Assembly (NCBI GenBank): GCA_951406725.2
Contig: OX597819.1
Location: 49,786,001 to 49,850,000 of the forward strand
Direction: 5' to 3'
Origin: Octopus vulgaris
Lineage: Eukaryota
Length of the DNA: 64,000 nucleotides
The notes under the pieces: model-generated
Databases searched by the model: none
Told to the model about the DNA's origin: nothing
The model's input: only the letters and a program-made list of their open reading frames with translations
In this document: one piece after another, positions 42,143 through 57,706 of the stretch
Numbering within the stretch: the first letter of the stretch is position 1
Layout of the letters: each line of letters opens with the position of its first letter
Translations under genes and position numbers: made by a program

Positions 42143-44263
42143 CATATTAAATGCCATACAAGAAAATTTTTTGATTTATTGAAACCAGCTTCGTTTCGAG
42201 AGATGGTATTTTACTAACAATTTTTGTATAGGTCTCAGTATCTCGTCCAGCTGGTGACAGGTAGGGTAACTACTGTGTTGTTAACACTTATTGAAGCAGA
42301 AACACGTGTCCACGGCTGTCTTCTTGTCTCTAGATAATCAGACTGTCTTTCCTCAATGGTATAGCAATGTTAAGGAATTCTTGATTGAGATTATCTCCCC
42401 TTGTCATTTAGACTCAATACCAATTGCCATTAAGCTGTTTTCTTAAGAATCGGAGCTGTTTCAATAAATCAAGAATTTACCTTATATATGTGTGTATGTG
42501 TGTGTGGAGGTGGGGTGCGCGTGCATGAGGGGAATCTGCGTGTACACACATATTACGGTATACTTTAAAGTGTGATTTGTTACAGATGGCCAAATGTTTT
42601 ATTCCCTACAAACATTTCAAGCATCCAAAAAGTACATGGAAAAAGAAAAACATGATCATTTGTAACGAATCACATTTATTTAATGAAATACATCATAAAA
42701 TTATTCTCAGCATTTAACTTGTTTCGAATACTTTAATTGAGAGTGGCTTTCTTTTTATACTTAAATATATATAATTAGTCGTAGGACATTCTCAATGAAT
42801 ACACGCGTCGTTTAGATGAATTAAAGATATATTTTGTATGGATCATGTGTATGTAAAAAGTGCTTTAGGATATTTTAAGCATTCTCAGAATATATTTCCC
42901 AATGGAACACTCAGGAAGTATTTTCACTACCTCACTAACGCTGAACTTTTTTCAGTTATATTTCAAAGTGTTCTCATCTACTTCTTTGTTTTGACGATTG
43001 CTTCGTATACGAGGGAGTCTCTCGAGGTCGGCTACTATTTATAGTGCTGTAGAATACCACTGTTTTTAATCGATTCTGGCTGAAGTGACAGACAGTTGTC
43101 GAAACATCTTCTCATCCGGGGATGATACCTCTGCGTAAATATATTCATATTTTCGACATATGGTAATATTTTTTTTATTTTTCCGGTTTTTTTTAATCAT
43201 AGCCCCGCCCACATTAGTTATTACTAGAGCTTTCTTCAGTGGATAAATGTCCCTTTTAGATGAATTTTAAAACGTACTACGGACCCAAATATGGACCAAA
43301 CTGTACGTTTGGTCCATATGTGTCCAACCACCATGTATGTGTGTGTGTGTGTATGAATGTATGAATATATGCATGTATATATACGTGTGTGTGTAGTGTA
43401 TAAATATATACACACACCATTTCATCCATGTTATGTTTTTATGTCACTATGGAACCATTTAGCCACCAGTGAATAGCAATCTGACAGTCACACTTCACCA
43501 CCTCCTGACGGCTTTCATTTTGTTTTCCCCTAACCACCCTCTCTCTCTCCCTCGTTCTCTTTCTTTCGCTTTCTTCGTCTTCCGAAACCTCTTTGTCTCT
43601 TTATTTATTATTATTATTATTATTATTCTATTATCGTTCGTTTATTATTTATTATTTTACTATTTGTGTCTATTATTTTTATTTCATTTGTTTATTGTTT
43701 ATTTTCATACATATTTCTTTATTTATTTCCTTTGACAAGATTTAAATTCATTGGAGCATGTAATTATTACGTGCCTAATTATAACAGCTTGTAATTCCGT
43801 TCATGGAACTCTTTTTCTTTCTAACTCTTTCTACCAATGTTTCCCTCGCTTCTTTCCCTTTATTTTTTTATCTCTGTTTTCCCTTTTCGATGCTTTTTCT
43901 TTCCTTCTGTCCATCTTTCCGCGTCTTTCTTTGCTTTTTTTTCTTCTTTTTCTTTATTATTTCTCTCGCTAGCATTTTCTTTCTTTTCCTCTTTCCTCTT
44001 TTTTTCCTTTTATTTCCATAGTTTTTCTTTATCGTTTATCCTCCCTCCATTTTTCCTTTTATTTTTCGCTAACTTTGATCTCCTGTTTTCCTTTTTTTTA
44101 TTTTTGCTCTTCATTTCTTCCTTTTTATTTTGCATTCATTCCCTCTCTTTACTCTTTCCTCGCCTCGTTTTTCTTTACCTTTTTTTCACTTTATTCCATT
44201 ATGTTCTATTTTCTCCTTTTATTCTCATTTTTTTTTCGTTTTTTTATTATCAGAAACAACAGA

Positions 44264-44760
<497 letters not shown>

Positions 44761-45207
44761 AAAGAGAGAGTAAGAGAGAGGGGGATGTCGATTCTACAAC
44801 TCACAAATTATTCATTAGGTTTTCTTTGGGTTTTTTTTTCACGTTTTCCATATTTTTCACTATTTATCCACTCTTTCTGAGGTCTCCTGCTTTCTCTCTC
44901 TACCCCTACTCTTTTGCCTTACCTTTGACCTCCCCTACTTCACGTTTTTATTATTTCCTATTTAATTTTTTTTCTTTCGTTTCTTTGTATATATTTTTTC
45001 TTCCTTTTTTTTCTCGTGTTTTGTTCGGTAAAGCGTTTCACGTGGTCGGGTACTAAGATTTTTGCATGCGGGTAGATTTACTATTGTACTTGGTGGGATA
45101 ACTGATGGTTTTTAATTTCAAATCTGTTCTCGTTAAAAGTTTGATCATTGTTTTTCAATTTATATAAAATGCAAACTAAAAATGTAAAAAAAACAAAGCC
45201 CCCCCCA

Positions 45208-45261
<54 letters not shown>

Positions 45262-46286
45262 AGAATAGTTCGATAAATCGCAAAAAGTAGTGAAAGAAAA
45301 ACAAAATAATAAATAAATAATGTATTGAAATATAAATATATAAAAGAAAATATATCAATGAAAACTAATAAAATACATCATAAACATATCAAAAACAAAA
45401 ATTGAAAATATATAAAAAAAATATAAAGAGAAATGAATTATGAAAAGAATAAAATTTTCGAAACCTTGACCTCTGCATTGAATGTCAATATTTTTTGAGG
45501 CATAATTTATTAGGTTTTTTTTTTAATTGTTCCCCATCCATTCTCCCATTAATATTTTGAGTGTTGTAAACGGCTTCACTCATCAATCGTCTGATTTCTT
45601 CATTTTCTTCAGTTCACTACCTCCTCCCTTTTCATATCTCCTCTACCTACTTCTCTTCTCCTTTAAAGCTTCCACCTTCTTTCACTTACTCTCTAAACTC
45701 TTATTGCTTCTCTCAACTTGGTGGTGGTGTGTTTTTTAGCCGGTGGGTAAACTTAAACCCAGTCGTCCGTTAGCTCTCCAATTCAAGCCAGTCAATCCCC
45801 TTTTTTATTTGTGGTTGTCATGCCTGATTGCCTTTGACACTCTGCTATTATCAGTGAGGCGTGACGGCTTGGTCCTTTGCCAAGCATTACTTAAATGCCA
45901 TATACAATTGAGACCGATTTATGATACCCTCACCTACTTATTCGCCCAGTATGTTTCTTTCTTAATATTCACTTTGAGCCTTTCGATTAAAAATAAATAA
46001 ATACAATAATAAACAAGGCAACAAAAAGAAAAAGAAAAGCCAAAGAAAGAAAAAAAAACAACAATGAAATGAATCATAAAAAGGAAGAAGAAAAATAGAA
46101 CAAAAAAAGGCAAAAAATGATAAAAAATACTCCTAAATAACTAACTCACAAGTCTCTCCAACGTACAACCATTTCTTTCTGGTCCTTTTTATCTCCCTTT
46201 ATAACCAATAATAATTCCCTTGTTTGTTTTTCATATTCCCTCATATTCTCGACCAACTAATGCTTTCTCGCCCCCATCTACCACCC

Positions 46287-46369
<83 letters not shown>

Positions 46370-46518
46370 GATCTATCTATCTATCTATCTATCTATCAGC
46401 TCGCTTGACTGTGTGTCTGTCTGTCTACCCGTGAGTCTCTGTCTGTCTCTCTATATCTATCTGTCTCTCTGTCTGACTATCACTCTCTGAATCTCCCTCT
46501 CCGTATCTCACTCTCTGC

Positions 46519-46598
<80 letters not shown>

Positions 46599-46832
46599 AT
46601 CAGGTTTTCCCTTTCGTTGCTGTTTTTCATTTTCCAGCGTGTCGCTCCCTGTTCCCTCTTTATTTCTTTGTCTGCCCCTCTCTCTCTCTCTCCTCAATAA
46701 CGTCTTTAATTCTATTCAACCTTTTTTTCTCTGTGCGTGTGTTCGTTCTTTTTTCCCTATTGAAGGCCTCTGTATTTCTTACACGTTTTCTTCTATTGAC
46801 CATCGACTAGCTCATAGCTAAATACGCACATA

Positions 46833-47292
<460 letters not shown>

Positions 47293-47562
47293 ATACTCAA
47301 AAGCGCGCGCGCGTCTACTCGTGCACACGCAGGTACATAAACATAGATACATACATAGAGTCAACAGATGTGATCGGCAGAGTCTCAATGTAGAAACTTA
47401 GTAGCGCTCAAAGTGATTTGAAGTCCGACATCTCCACCGAGGATCAAGTCAGCAGGGTAATGATTGCCTACATACTTACATACATAATACTTACATACAT
47501 AATACATACATACATACATACATACTTTGACTATAAATTATTTCATGTGCATCTATCATCAT

Positions 47563-49045
47563 CGGTGTGTCTGATGCAGTGTGCAGCTAGCCTCATCCTT
47601 CAATGCTGTATTTTCAATGTTACTTTTGATAGTCCCTGGTATTAGTCGGCGTTTGTTGTATGACTCTTCCAGGAGACACTGAGTGCCATTCTAAGCATCT
47701 TCGTATAACAACCGTCCAACTGCTTCTTCAATGCCTTAGTGAGCGTCTATGTTTCAGCTCTGTATAGAAGAACAGAATCCACTGTTGCCAGAAACAATCT
47801 CACTTTCAATTTCCTTACTAACTTTGAACTCCATACCTTTCTCAGTTTATGGCATGCACTCCAGGTAAGAACTTTCCTTGCTATGATGTCTTTTCAGTAC
47901 TTTGTGTCCACGCACCAAGGTATTTGAAATTTTCAACTACCTTGAGCGACTTACCTATTTCTTTATTACCCACAAGGGGCTAAACATAGAGGGGACAAAC
48001 AAGGACAGACATAGGTATTAAGTCGATTATATCGACCCAGTGTGTAACTGGTACTTAATTTATCGACCCCGAAAGGATGAAAGGTAAAGTGGACCTCGGC
48101 GGGATTTGAACTCACAACGTAACGGCAGACGAAATACCGCTAAGCATTTCGCCCGACGTGCTAACGTTTCAACCAGCTCTCCGCCTTGAGCGACTTACCG
48201 TCTCCCACTTTCACTGACACAGACATTTCGTCATTGAATAATTGCAGCTCTGTTTTGTTTGCATTACAGTACAATCCTACCTTCCCCGATTCCTGCTCTA
48301 ATCTGCTCAGCACCTCCTGTGCCTGATCTGTCCTCTCTGTTAGTAATGCCAAGTCATCAGCATAGTCTAGGTCAGTTACTGTCACTGCTCAATGCCGTCT
48401 ACTTCTTTGCCTATGCAGTTTGCATCCCAGTTCTTCTTCCTTGTCCTCGTGCGTTCTACGCATTAAATAGCCCAGAACAATAGCGAAGAGATAAGGTGCT
48501 ATCGTGTCGCCTTGTAATACTCCGGCTTTGCCTTCAAAGTATTCCGTCTCTCCATCAGGAGTGGTCACTTTTGCTCTGGTGTTCTCATACAACTTACTTA
48601 TTGCTCTCAGAATTCTTGTGGAATATCATATGCTTTAAGTATTTTCATCATCATTCCTCTATGTACTGAATCAAAAGCCTTTTTGAAGTCTACATAGATA
48701 ATGATAGCCTTCTATCAGTCTCCAAAGTGCGATAATGTGAGATGTTGACCGTCCTGATCTGAATCCATTTTGATTTGGTCGCAATTATTTGTTTGTCTTA
48801 GGTTGTATTCGGTTAAGTATCATCTTGATGAAATTGCTAACAAGCTAGTGCTCTAGTAACCAACTGAAAGAAGAACCAGGAGAGGAAGGAGGAAGACGAC
48901 CTGTATCGACAATTTGCTGAAAAATACTGGTATGGAAGGGATACAGGAGCTGAGGACCATTATGGAAGATCGAGATGAATGGGGAAAACGTGTGGAAACA
49001 ATCTTGGGGCGTCCCGTGGTACGACCTAGATATATAGATAGATAG
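47563..49045. mobile_element. RTE-clade LINE with 5' inversion (47563-48826 -, 48827-49045 +) and 12-bp TSD
   Basis: Minus: KMILNRIQP, GVLQGDTIAPYLF, DLDYADDLALL, RMRLAAHCIRHT; plus: DEIANKLVL..RRGRRKTT.IDNLL..TG; (TAGA)n tail; ATCTATCATCAT at 47551-47562 and 49046-49057. Confidence 0.88.
47954..48185 (-). mobile_element. Family B (B1) SINE, full length with TSD
   Basis: CCTTGAGCGACTTACC at 47940-47955 and 48184-48199. Confidence 0.93.
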
Positions 49046-50608
49046 ATCTATCATCATAAGTGCGTTAGGTTATGTACCAACATATTGGCACAAAAACCTA
49101 GAAGTACTCGGTTTCGCGAAGAAAAAGCAAAAGAAACTGACGCAGATTCTCTAAATCCAATCTATTAGTGTCACAGTGAAGATTTGTAAGACATTCCAAA
49201 AATTCTCCGTCTGAAATTCCTATGTGAATACTTGCGCACGCTTGGATGTGTGCATCGACAGCTCAACCAACACAAACTCAACTATATATTCAAAAACACC
49301 GGAAACTCTCTTAACTACAAAAGATCTTGTCGCTTTGTTAGCAACCGGTTTGAACTCTCTCAAGAAGAACTTGAATCAAACTCAAAGAAAAATCATACAT
49401 ACATGCATAAAACCATACATAAATAGGTTCATACATACTTTGTGCATTTGCTCGCAGAGATATTACATGTACATGCGTACATAACATAACATACATACAT
49501 ACATACGTACATATGAACACTACACTCACACAAATTAATATATGCATGCATGAACACGCATACACGCTCTCATAGCGACTCCCTTATAGTACTGCCTACT
49601 TTTAATATTCTTCTGAAAGAGCGATTCAACGATTCCCACTTCGTAACAAACTATCGATAAGGCAAGTCCAGACTGGTACATACAGGGCCGTGCTTAGGCA
49701 TGATGAATCTGGCTGCTTTCTCGAACTCTCTCCTTTTTCTCTAAATTCTTTTTATTTTTTTTACTTGTTTCAGTCATTGGACTGCAGCCCTACTGGAGCA
49801 CCACATTGGAGTGTTGGTCGAAAAAATCGGCTCCTGTACATTTTTACAAAGTCTAGTATTTATTCTATCGATTTCTTTTGTCGAACCGTTAGCTTAAGGA
49901 GACAAAAACAAACTAACAAAACCTATTGCCAAGTGGTTGTGAGGGAGGCAACGAACACAAATACAAAGACGTGCGCGCACACACGCGCACGCACACACAT
50001 ACACATACACACATACACACACACACACACGCACGCACACGCACACGCACATACATAGATATGCAACAATCTCAATATGCGCGATCGGAACTGGGATTAC
50101 TGTTGCTGCTAGCACCAGACTAGGGACGTAAACGCACCAGCATCAGTTGTTAAGCTGTGGTGGGGGGCAAAGACACACACACGCACACGCACACACACAC
50201 ACACACACACACACTTACACACACACAAATACAACGGGCTTCTTTCAGTTTTTGTCTACCTAATCCCCTCACAGGATTTTAGTCGGTCCAAAAGACACTT
50301 GCTTAAAGTTCCACGCCAGTGGGACTGAACCCAAAACCTTGTGGCTGGAAATCAAACTTCTCATCGCACCTGCGCCTTACCGCAAATACAACGGCTCTAC
50401 CACCTCCTTTCGGACACTCTCGTAACACTAATCCATCTCTTTTCCTCATCTATACTGTGTCCCCCACACTAACCACATCTTCCAGCTCTTTCTTTCCAGA
50501 GGTTTAGTCCTCTGGGACTCGCATCCCAGGGTCATCTTTTTTCCTGTAGCTATCATCTTGCGATATTCAATAAGAACATTGAACATGTACATGTCACTGG
50601 TGTAGTCC

Positions 50609-50899
50609 AGTAGTTCACCACTATTTTTTGCCTATGGACCCCTTTGATTCTTATTTTACTTGGGTGGACCCTCCTAGCCGTTTGATGTTTTCAAAAAATC
50701 CCATTATATTTTTATGGCTAAATATTGTGAAGAATTGTATTAAAAAATGTTAAAATATTTTGTGCAATGTAGAAGTATGACCAATTTATTGCACATATAG
50801 TTTTTACAACAAAATCTCATATGAACCCCCAAAGATCATGTGGACGCCAAGGATTATATGGATGCTATGGATCATATGGACTCTAGTTGAGGACCGTTC
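50609..50899. mobile_element. hAT/Charlie-like MITE
   Basis: CAGTAGTTCACCAC ... GTTGAGGACCGTT degenerate termini, TATGGACCC subterminal repeats; second copy at 40647. Confidence 0.55.
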
Positions 50900-51728
50900 G
50901 TATAGACTATTCGTTCAGTAAAAAAATTACTGTTTGATTAAGCTACAATCGGCGAATCTTCGAAGCTACTATCAGCAAAATTAAGTTGCATTCTACACGT
51001 TATGTACTAAGTCCCTGTACTGTTTTCCTGTGATGCACCGCTTTCATGTGTCTCGGTGTAGAGGGGTTGACAAACGGATCTTGTCATGCTTGTCTAGATC
51101 TTCTCGAAAGATCAGAAGTACCAGCTGAAATTTGAGAAGCTACAGAGATTTTAGGCTTCATACGATAATCATAAGCATCGCTTGCTTCTCTGATGATAAT
51201 CTTGAAGGCATCCTTGGGTGTTTTAGAGCATACTCCGTATGCTGACGATGATCATGTGTTCTAAGTAGAAACCGGTAAGTAATGCGAATGATTCACTGAA
51301 TTGTTTATGTTGAATAATAATTTCACACATTGTTCCTACTCAGTGATGAGCAATACAGATAATTAATTTGTGCATTACTAATTACTAATTCCATTTAAGA
51401 TAAAAAAGGATTTATGCACATAGAATAATCAACCACTTATTTGTCAGAAGCATTAATGTAACAACATCTGAAAAACCATTCCAGATGCAATGAATGGAAC
51501 AGTGACAATATCCTGTAGAATAATATTTGCAAAAGATGATGTTGATGATAATAATGGTGGTGGTGGGAATTTGGTGGTGTTGTTGTTGGTGGCTTCGGTG
51601 GTGGTGGTGGCGGCGGCGGCGGTGGTGTTGGTGGTGAAAATGATGATAATAAAGAAAACGGGAATCGAAATCGCTCAATTGAAATAGCAACTAATGGTAT
51701 AATACTTGAAACAAACACAAGAGGGGGG

Positions 51729-51731
<3 letters not shown>

Positions 51732-51797
<66 letters not shown>

Positions 51798-51872
51798 TGA
51801 AGAAGAAGAAGAAGAAGAAGAAGAAGAAGAAGAAGAAGAAGAAGAAGAAGAAGAAGAAGAAGAAGAAGAAGA
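51732..51872. repeat. (AGT)n followed by (AAG)n
   Basis: Direct reading. Confidence 0.97.
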
Positions 51873-53254
51873 GATGGGATGGAGTGGGAGGAGAAGGAGG
51901 AATAGACACTAGTGTTGTTAATTTAGTGTTTGAAGACGTGGACGTTATTAATTTTATGGATAGGTTGGACGTTCCATATAAAACGCATGTTACTTTCTTT
52001 CTTTCTTTCTTTTTTCCTTCCTTCCGTCCTTTCTTTCTTTCCTTCTTTCTTTCTTTCTTCCTTCCTTTCTTTCTTTCTTTCTCTTTTTAAAACCATTGTT
52101 AAAATAACCCAATTCCTGAATCGTTGCTGTTGGCGCAATATAAGGGATGGTTCTGTAAAATAAATGCCTACGTCCTTAATATGAGAGTGACGACAACTAT
52201 AAAAGAAAGACAACTGCTTGTCGATAAACAATCGACAAGAAAACAATTAATAAATGAAACTATCATGTATTTTCGCATTAGCAACTAACTGTGAATTGAA
52301 TTGAATTGTTTTTGTTTTTTCGTTGTATTCTTTTTCATTTTTTTCTTTTTTTGCTGTTTAACCCCAGGTCAACTACGATCAAAGGTGTTCCACCTATAAC
52401 AATTCAATCTTTTTTTATTTCCTACCCTCCTGGCATTACATATCTAGGATTACAATGTCTAAGGTGACCTTGTTTCCGAATGGTAAGGTTATGAGTTGAA
52501 AACGATTTGGTTATTTCTAGCTGGTAGTTTGACCATGTAGATCTGGCCTTTCTATTTAGCCCACCCACACCTCAAGGATTACATTGTTTAATGTGTACTA
52601 GTTTTCAAATGGTGTGATACGAGTTGGGAAAGATTTGGTTGATATTTAGTAAAAGAGAAAAAAGAAAAGAGAATAACCGTGACGAAAAACTGTTTCCATA
52701 ATGATCAAAGATGCTTCGCATGCGCACAAGGATGAGAAGAAGATACGAGAAAGATATCTTCTTACTATAATAACATTCTTGTGTTTTTCTCAGTCACAAT
52801 ATATGAATGAGAAAGGAAGGAGTGATAGATAAATGAGAAAGGAAAGAGTGATACTTGTATAAAGAAGGAAGGGGTGATGGCAAACTGGTAGTGGGAGCTT
52901 TTCAACTCTGTGTGAGTATATGTGTACATATGTAAAAGGGAGGTATGTGAATGTGTGTGTATGCAATAAAGTGATATGGTGAACATTCAACGCTGAAAAG
53001 GAAAATCAAACAGCGTTTCAACTCTGTGTGAATATATGTGTGTATGTGCGTGTGTGTGTACAAAGGAAATAGCAATGCTTTGACATGCTGAACCCCCCCC
53101 ATCCCGCACCGATGATGGAGGAGGCAGCGAATGCGCTGTTTTCTGATTGGCTGAAAATTCTGAAAATTATCAAACTTTGAACACCTACAACATTTTTCTG
53201 AAATAAATGAATAACAAATTCTGATTCAGCGTCAAAATTTACATTTATAAGATA

Positions 53255-53662
53255 CTCTTTTACTCTTTTACTTGTTTCAGTCATTTGACTGCCGCCATGC
53301 TGGAGCACCGCCTTTGGTCGAATAAATCGACCCCAGGACTTATTCTTTGCACTTATTCTTAGTACTTATTCTATCGGTCACTTTTGCCGAACCGCTAAGT
53401 AACGGGGACGTAAACACACCAGCATTGGTAGTCAAGCGATGTTGGGGGGACAAACACAGACACACAAACACACACACACACACATATACATATAAAACGA
53501 CGGGCTTCTTTCAGTTTCCGTCTACTAAATCCACTCACAAGGCTTTTGTCGGCCCGAGGCTATAGTAGAAGACGCTTGCCCAAGGTGTCACGCAGTGGGA
53601 CTGAACTCGGAACCATGTGGTTGGTAAGCAAGCTACTTACCACACAGCCAATCTTGCGCCTA
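53255..53662 (-). mobile_element. Family A SINE, full length
   Basis: Near-consensus copy. Confidence 0.9.
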
Positions 53663-55120
53663 TGTTTGCCATGATACATTAAAAATTGTTTTAAAAAGAT
53701 AATTGTAAACAGTGACTAAAACCACAAAGATCCCCAAGAGGTAGACACCATTATCAAACTTGGAAGAATCGGTAGAACATCGGACAATATATGTTGTAGC
53801 ATTTAGCTACGACTCACATAAGAGTCGTGTATCTTTGTCGCTTGTAAGTACTGTATACCCACTACAATGGGAAATTGTGTATGTTTGTTGGAAATTCTGA
53901 TCATGTGATCTTGTTAAAGTTATCTTCGGTGTCGCTCAGATTTTTAGACACTTAGAGAAAGTGTTTGTTTACTAATTGCTTAGATAATCTCATTTTGTCG
54001 AAGTCTTTCAATTCAATGTATAATGTGTCTTAGATGCTACTATAGAAACGTGTGATATTACACGAAAGTTAAAATCAATATTATTATTATTATTATTATT
54101 ATTATTTTCCTTCTTTCTTCAGTTTTCTTCTGCCTGCATTGATTTCACTATATGACCAACGCTTATAGAATCGACCCGGGATTCTACTCAGTTTCTGTCA
54201 ACCAAATTCAGTCACAAGGTATTGGTCGGTCAGGGACTATAGCAGAAGACACTTGTCCGAGGTGAAACAAATGTATTTCAACCACGATTATCCCCCCTTG
54301 TTTAGGAAAGTATTTAGGATAACATCATGTACATAATATAATCCCAGATACCAGGGTGTGATTTGAGTGAGAATTGGTTGCTATTTCTCGCAGGCAGAGC
54401 TGTCTCCTTGGCTGTGACGAATTAATATTGACGGTTCACAATTAATTATGGGAGTGTGTTGCAGCATGTCTTCTGGCTTGAAGAGTTCAAATTTCGTCGA
54501 GGTCTACTTTGACTTTGACATCATTTTAGGGTCGATGAAATAAGTCCCAGTTGAACATTGAGGTCGATGTAATCTATAATTAGAATTATGGGTGTGTATC
54601 AACTAATATATAGGCGGGGGATATGATTTCTGCGAGTTTCACGTGATATAGGTACGGTGGTGTTTATAAAAATAACAAAGGAGGAGAAGGCATTTAGTTT
54701 AGATTAAAGATACTTGAAACTGCGGTATATCCAACCAGGAACGAAGAAATACATCACGAGACAAGAAAAACAAAAAAAAAGAAACGAAGAAATAAAAAGG
54801 AAAAAGAAAAACTTAAGGTCAGTGAGTACAAAAATGTATCGCTTGACCAAACTATAATGACCGTGAGTGGTACGAATGGCCTTCGACCCCGACAATTTTT
54901 GTTTAAGGGGTAAACAATTAAAGACCTTGATATCGTACACCATTTGGTTATAAATATAACTGTATCTTATCTTTAATTCTCTATGATATTGGAGACTTCT
55001 GTCTGCTGTCTCCTTTGTGTAGAGGAAGTGTAGCTGTTGAACCTTACATGCCAATGCACCAGTCGAACCAGTCAACACACTTCTGATAATGTCGACTTTT
55101 TCTCTCTCTTTCTCTCTCTC

Positions 55121-55191
<71 letters not shown>

Positions 55192-55246
55192 CCCCCCTCT
55201 TCTACATGTCGAAAAGGAATTGTTTTACTAGACGGTAATAATTACA

Positions 55247-55705
55247 GGCGGCGAGCTGGCAGAAACATTAGTACGCCGGGCGAAATACGTCGCCGTATTT
55301 CGTCTGTCGTTACGTTGTGAGTTCAAATTCCGCCGAGGTCGACTTTGCCTTTCATCCTTTAGGGGTCGATAAATTAAGTACCAGTTACGCACTGGAGTCG
55401 ATGTAATCGACTTAATCTGTTTGTCTGTCCTTGTTTGTCCTCTCTGTGGGTAGTAAAGAAATAGGTAATAACTACAGGCGGTGAGCTGGCAGAAGCTGGC
55501 ACACCGGGCGAAATGCTTAGCAGTATTTCATCTGCCGCTACGTTCTGAGTTCGAATTCCGCCGAAGTCGACTTTGCCTTTCATCCTTTCGGGGTCGATAA
55601 ATTAAGTACCAGTTACGCACTGGGGTCGATGTAATCGACTTAATACCTATGTCTGTCCTTATTTGTCCCCTCTATGTTTAGCCCCTTGTGGGTAATAAAG
55701 AAATA
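55247..55705 (+). mobile_element. Two head-to-tail family B1 SINEs separated and flanked by the same 16-mer
   Basis: GGTAATAA(T/C)TACAGGC at 55234, 55464 and 55706. Confidence 0.9.
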
Positions 55706-56009
55706 GGTAATAACTACAGGCACAGTTGACGAGCCAATACAGGAAGCCTCTACGGTTGATACTTTGATCTCGACCTGCTAGAAATAGCAGCAAGAATTTC
55801 CCTCGAATCAAAACTCTATCAGAGACATTTCGAAATTAAATTCCCTGTGTTGACGACAATTTCTACGTGGATCAGGAAACGGAGTCAAATTCAAAGTTTT
55901 ATTAAAAGTACCGTAGCTGTACGTATGGAATGTCCTTAATCTTCGGTGCAAAGTAGAAGTGATGTGACAACCGAAAACGCAAAAGGAGCAGAGTTTTTCT
56001 TATATATAC

Positions 56010-56413
56010 TCTCCTTTACTCTTTTACTTATTTCATTCATTTGACTGTGTCCATGTTAGAGCACCGCCTTTAGTCGAGCAAATCGACCCCAGGACTTATT
56101 CTTTGGAAGCCTACTACTTATTCTATCGGTCACTTTTGCCGAACCGCTATGTAACGGGGACGTAAACACACCAGCATCGGTTGTGAAGCGATGTTGGGAG
56201 GACAAACACAGACACACAAACATATACACACACATACATATATATATACGAAGGTTTTTTTTTCAGTTTCCGTCTACCAAATCCGCTCACAAGGCTTTGG
56301 TCGACCCGAGGTTATAGTAGAAGATACTTGCCCAAAGTCCCACGCAGTGGGCCTGAACCCAGAACCATGTGGTTCGCAAACAAGCTACTTACCACACAGC
56401 TACTCCTACGCCT
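56010..56413 (-). mobile_element. Family A SINE
   Basis: Near-consensus copy. Confidence 0.87.
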
Positions 56414-57274
56414 ATATTTTAACTTCTCAATAAATTGATTTTATAATAGCTCAGTTTGAGTGTGGGGCTCACGATTATAAAATCATGGGTCCGAGTCATA
56501 GGCTGAGCGGTGCATTGTGCCCGTGAGCAAGGTACTTTACATCACGTCGCCCCAGGCTACTCAGCTGGAATGAGTACAAACCGAGTGCTGGGACGAGACT
56601 CAAGAAAGTATCCATGTCTGTTCGTAACAACATAGGTACCTAAAACAATCAGTGAAAGCATGGTACAAGCTAACCAGGCACAGTCACTTGCGAGTGACGG
56701 ATATGTTTTTCTACTATGTACTTTTATTTGTGTCACTCATTGGGCTGCGGCCATGCTTAGGCATCGCCCAAGTTTTCGTCGTACAAATCGACCCCACCCC
56801 AGTACTTATCTTTAAAACTTGGTTCTTATTCTATTGGCGTCTTTTTCTGAACCGTATACTTAGGGGAACGTAAGCAAGCCAACTGCGTGAGCCAAACGTA
56901 CATAGGAAACTAGCACAGACACAAAGACACACATGTGTGATATATATTTACATATATATTCTTTTACTCTTTTATTCTTTTACTTGTTTGTTTCAATCAT
57001 TTGACTATGGCCATACTGGAGCACCGCCTTTAGTCGAACAAATCGACCCCAGGACTTATTCTTTGTCAGCCTAGTACTTATTCTATCGGTTGAGAAGTAG
57101 TGATGTGATCCACAGAGGATCAGCTTCATTTTGATGTATGATACATGTTCCTGTGTTGGTAATTATACCTGTCTTAAACAAAATGGCATTACTTTTTTGA
57201 CTCACCCTCGTATATACATGTATGTATGTATGTATGTATGTATGTATGTATGTATGTATGTATGTATGTATGTA

Positions 57275-57326
<52 letters not shown>

Positions 57327-57327
<1 letters not shown>

Positions 57328-57612
57328 GCGCAATGGCCCAGTGGTTAGGGCAGCGGACTCGCGGTCGTAGGATAGCGGTTTCGATTCCCAGACCGGGCGT
57401 TGTGAGTGTTTATTGGGCAAAAACACCTAAAAGCTCCACGAAGTTCCGGCAGGGGGTGTTGATCCCTGGTGTACTCTTTCACCACTCTTTCTCCCACTCT
57501 TTCTTCTGTTGGCCTGCTCGCTTAGCCAGCGGGGTGGCGTCATTCGAAGGCTAAAACAATGCAAACGCATTGTGACCAGCGATGTGTAACTACATCTGAT
57601 GGACTAGTCGGT

Positions 57613-57620
<8 letters not shown>
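57327..57620 (+). mobile_element. Family C tRNA-derived SINE
   Basis: GGCGCAATGGCCCAGTGGTTAGGGC A box, GGTTTCGATTCCC B box; ends GGTCACGTGA in (TA)n; inverted sister at 60953-61233. Confidence 0.88.

Positions 57621-57706
<86 letters not shown>

Noticed and set aside
43289-43319. miRNA-like hairpin ATATGGACCAAAC/GTTTGGTCCATAT
   Set aside because: Perfect but only 13 bp; too short for a pre-miRNA, more like a transposon-end palindrome
51078-51280. Possible exon (TCTAG acceptor, CCG/GTAAGT donor)
   Set aside because: Stops in all three frames and no partner exons; a non-coding exon cannot be excluded
55234-55721. CRISPR-like direct repeats
   Set aside because: The spacers are homologous SINE copies, context is eukaryotic, no cas genes
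57327-57400. tRNA gene
   Set aside because: A/B boxes present but no proper cloverleaf; continues into a SINE body with a second copy at 60953
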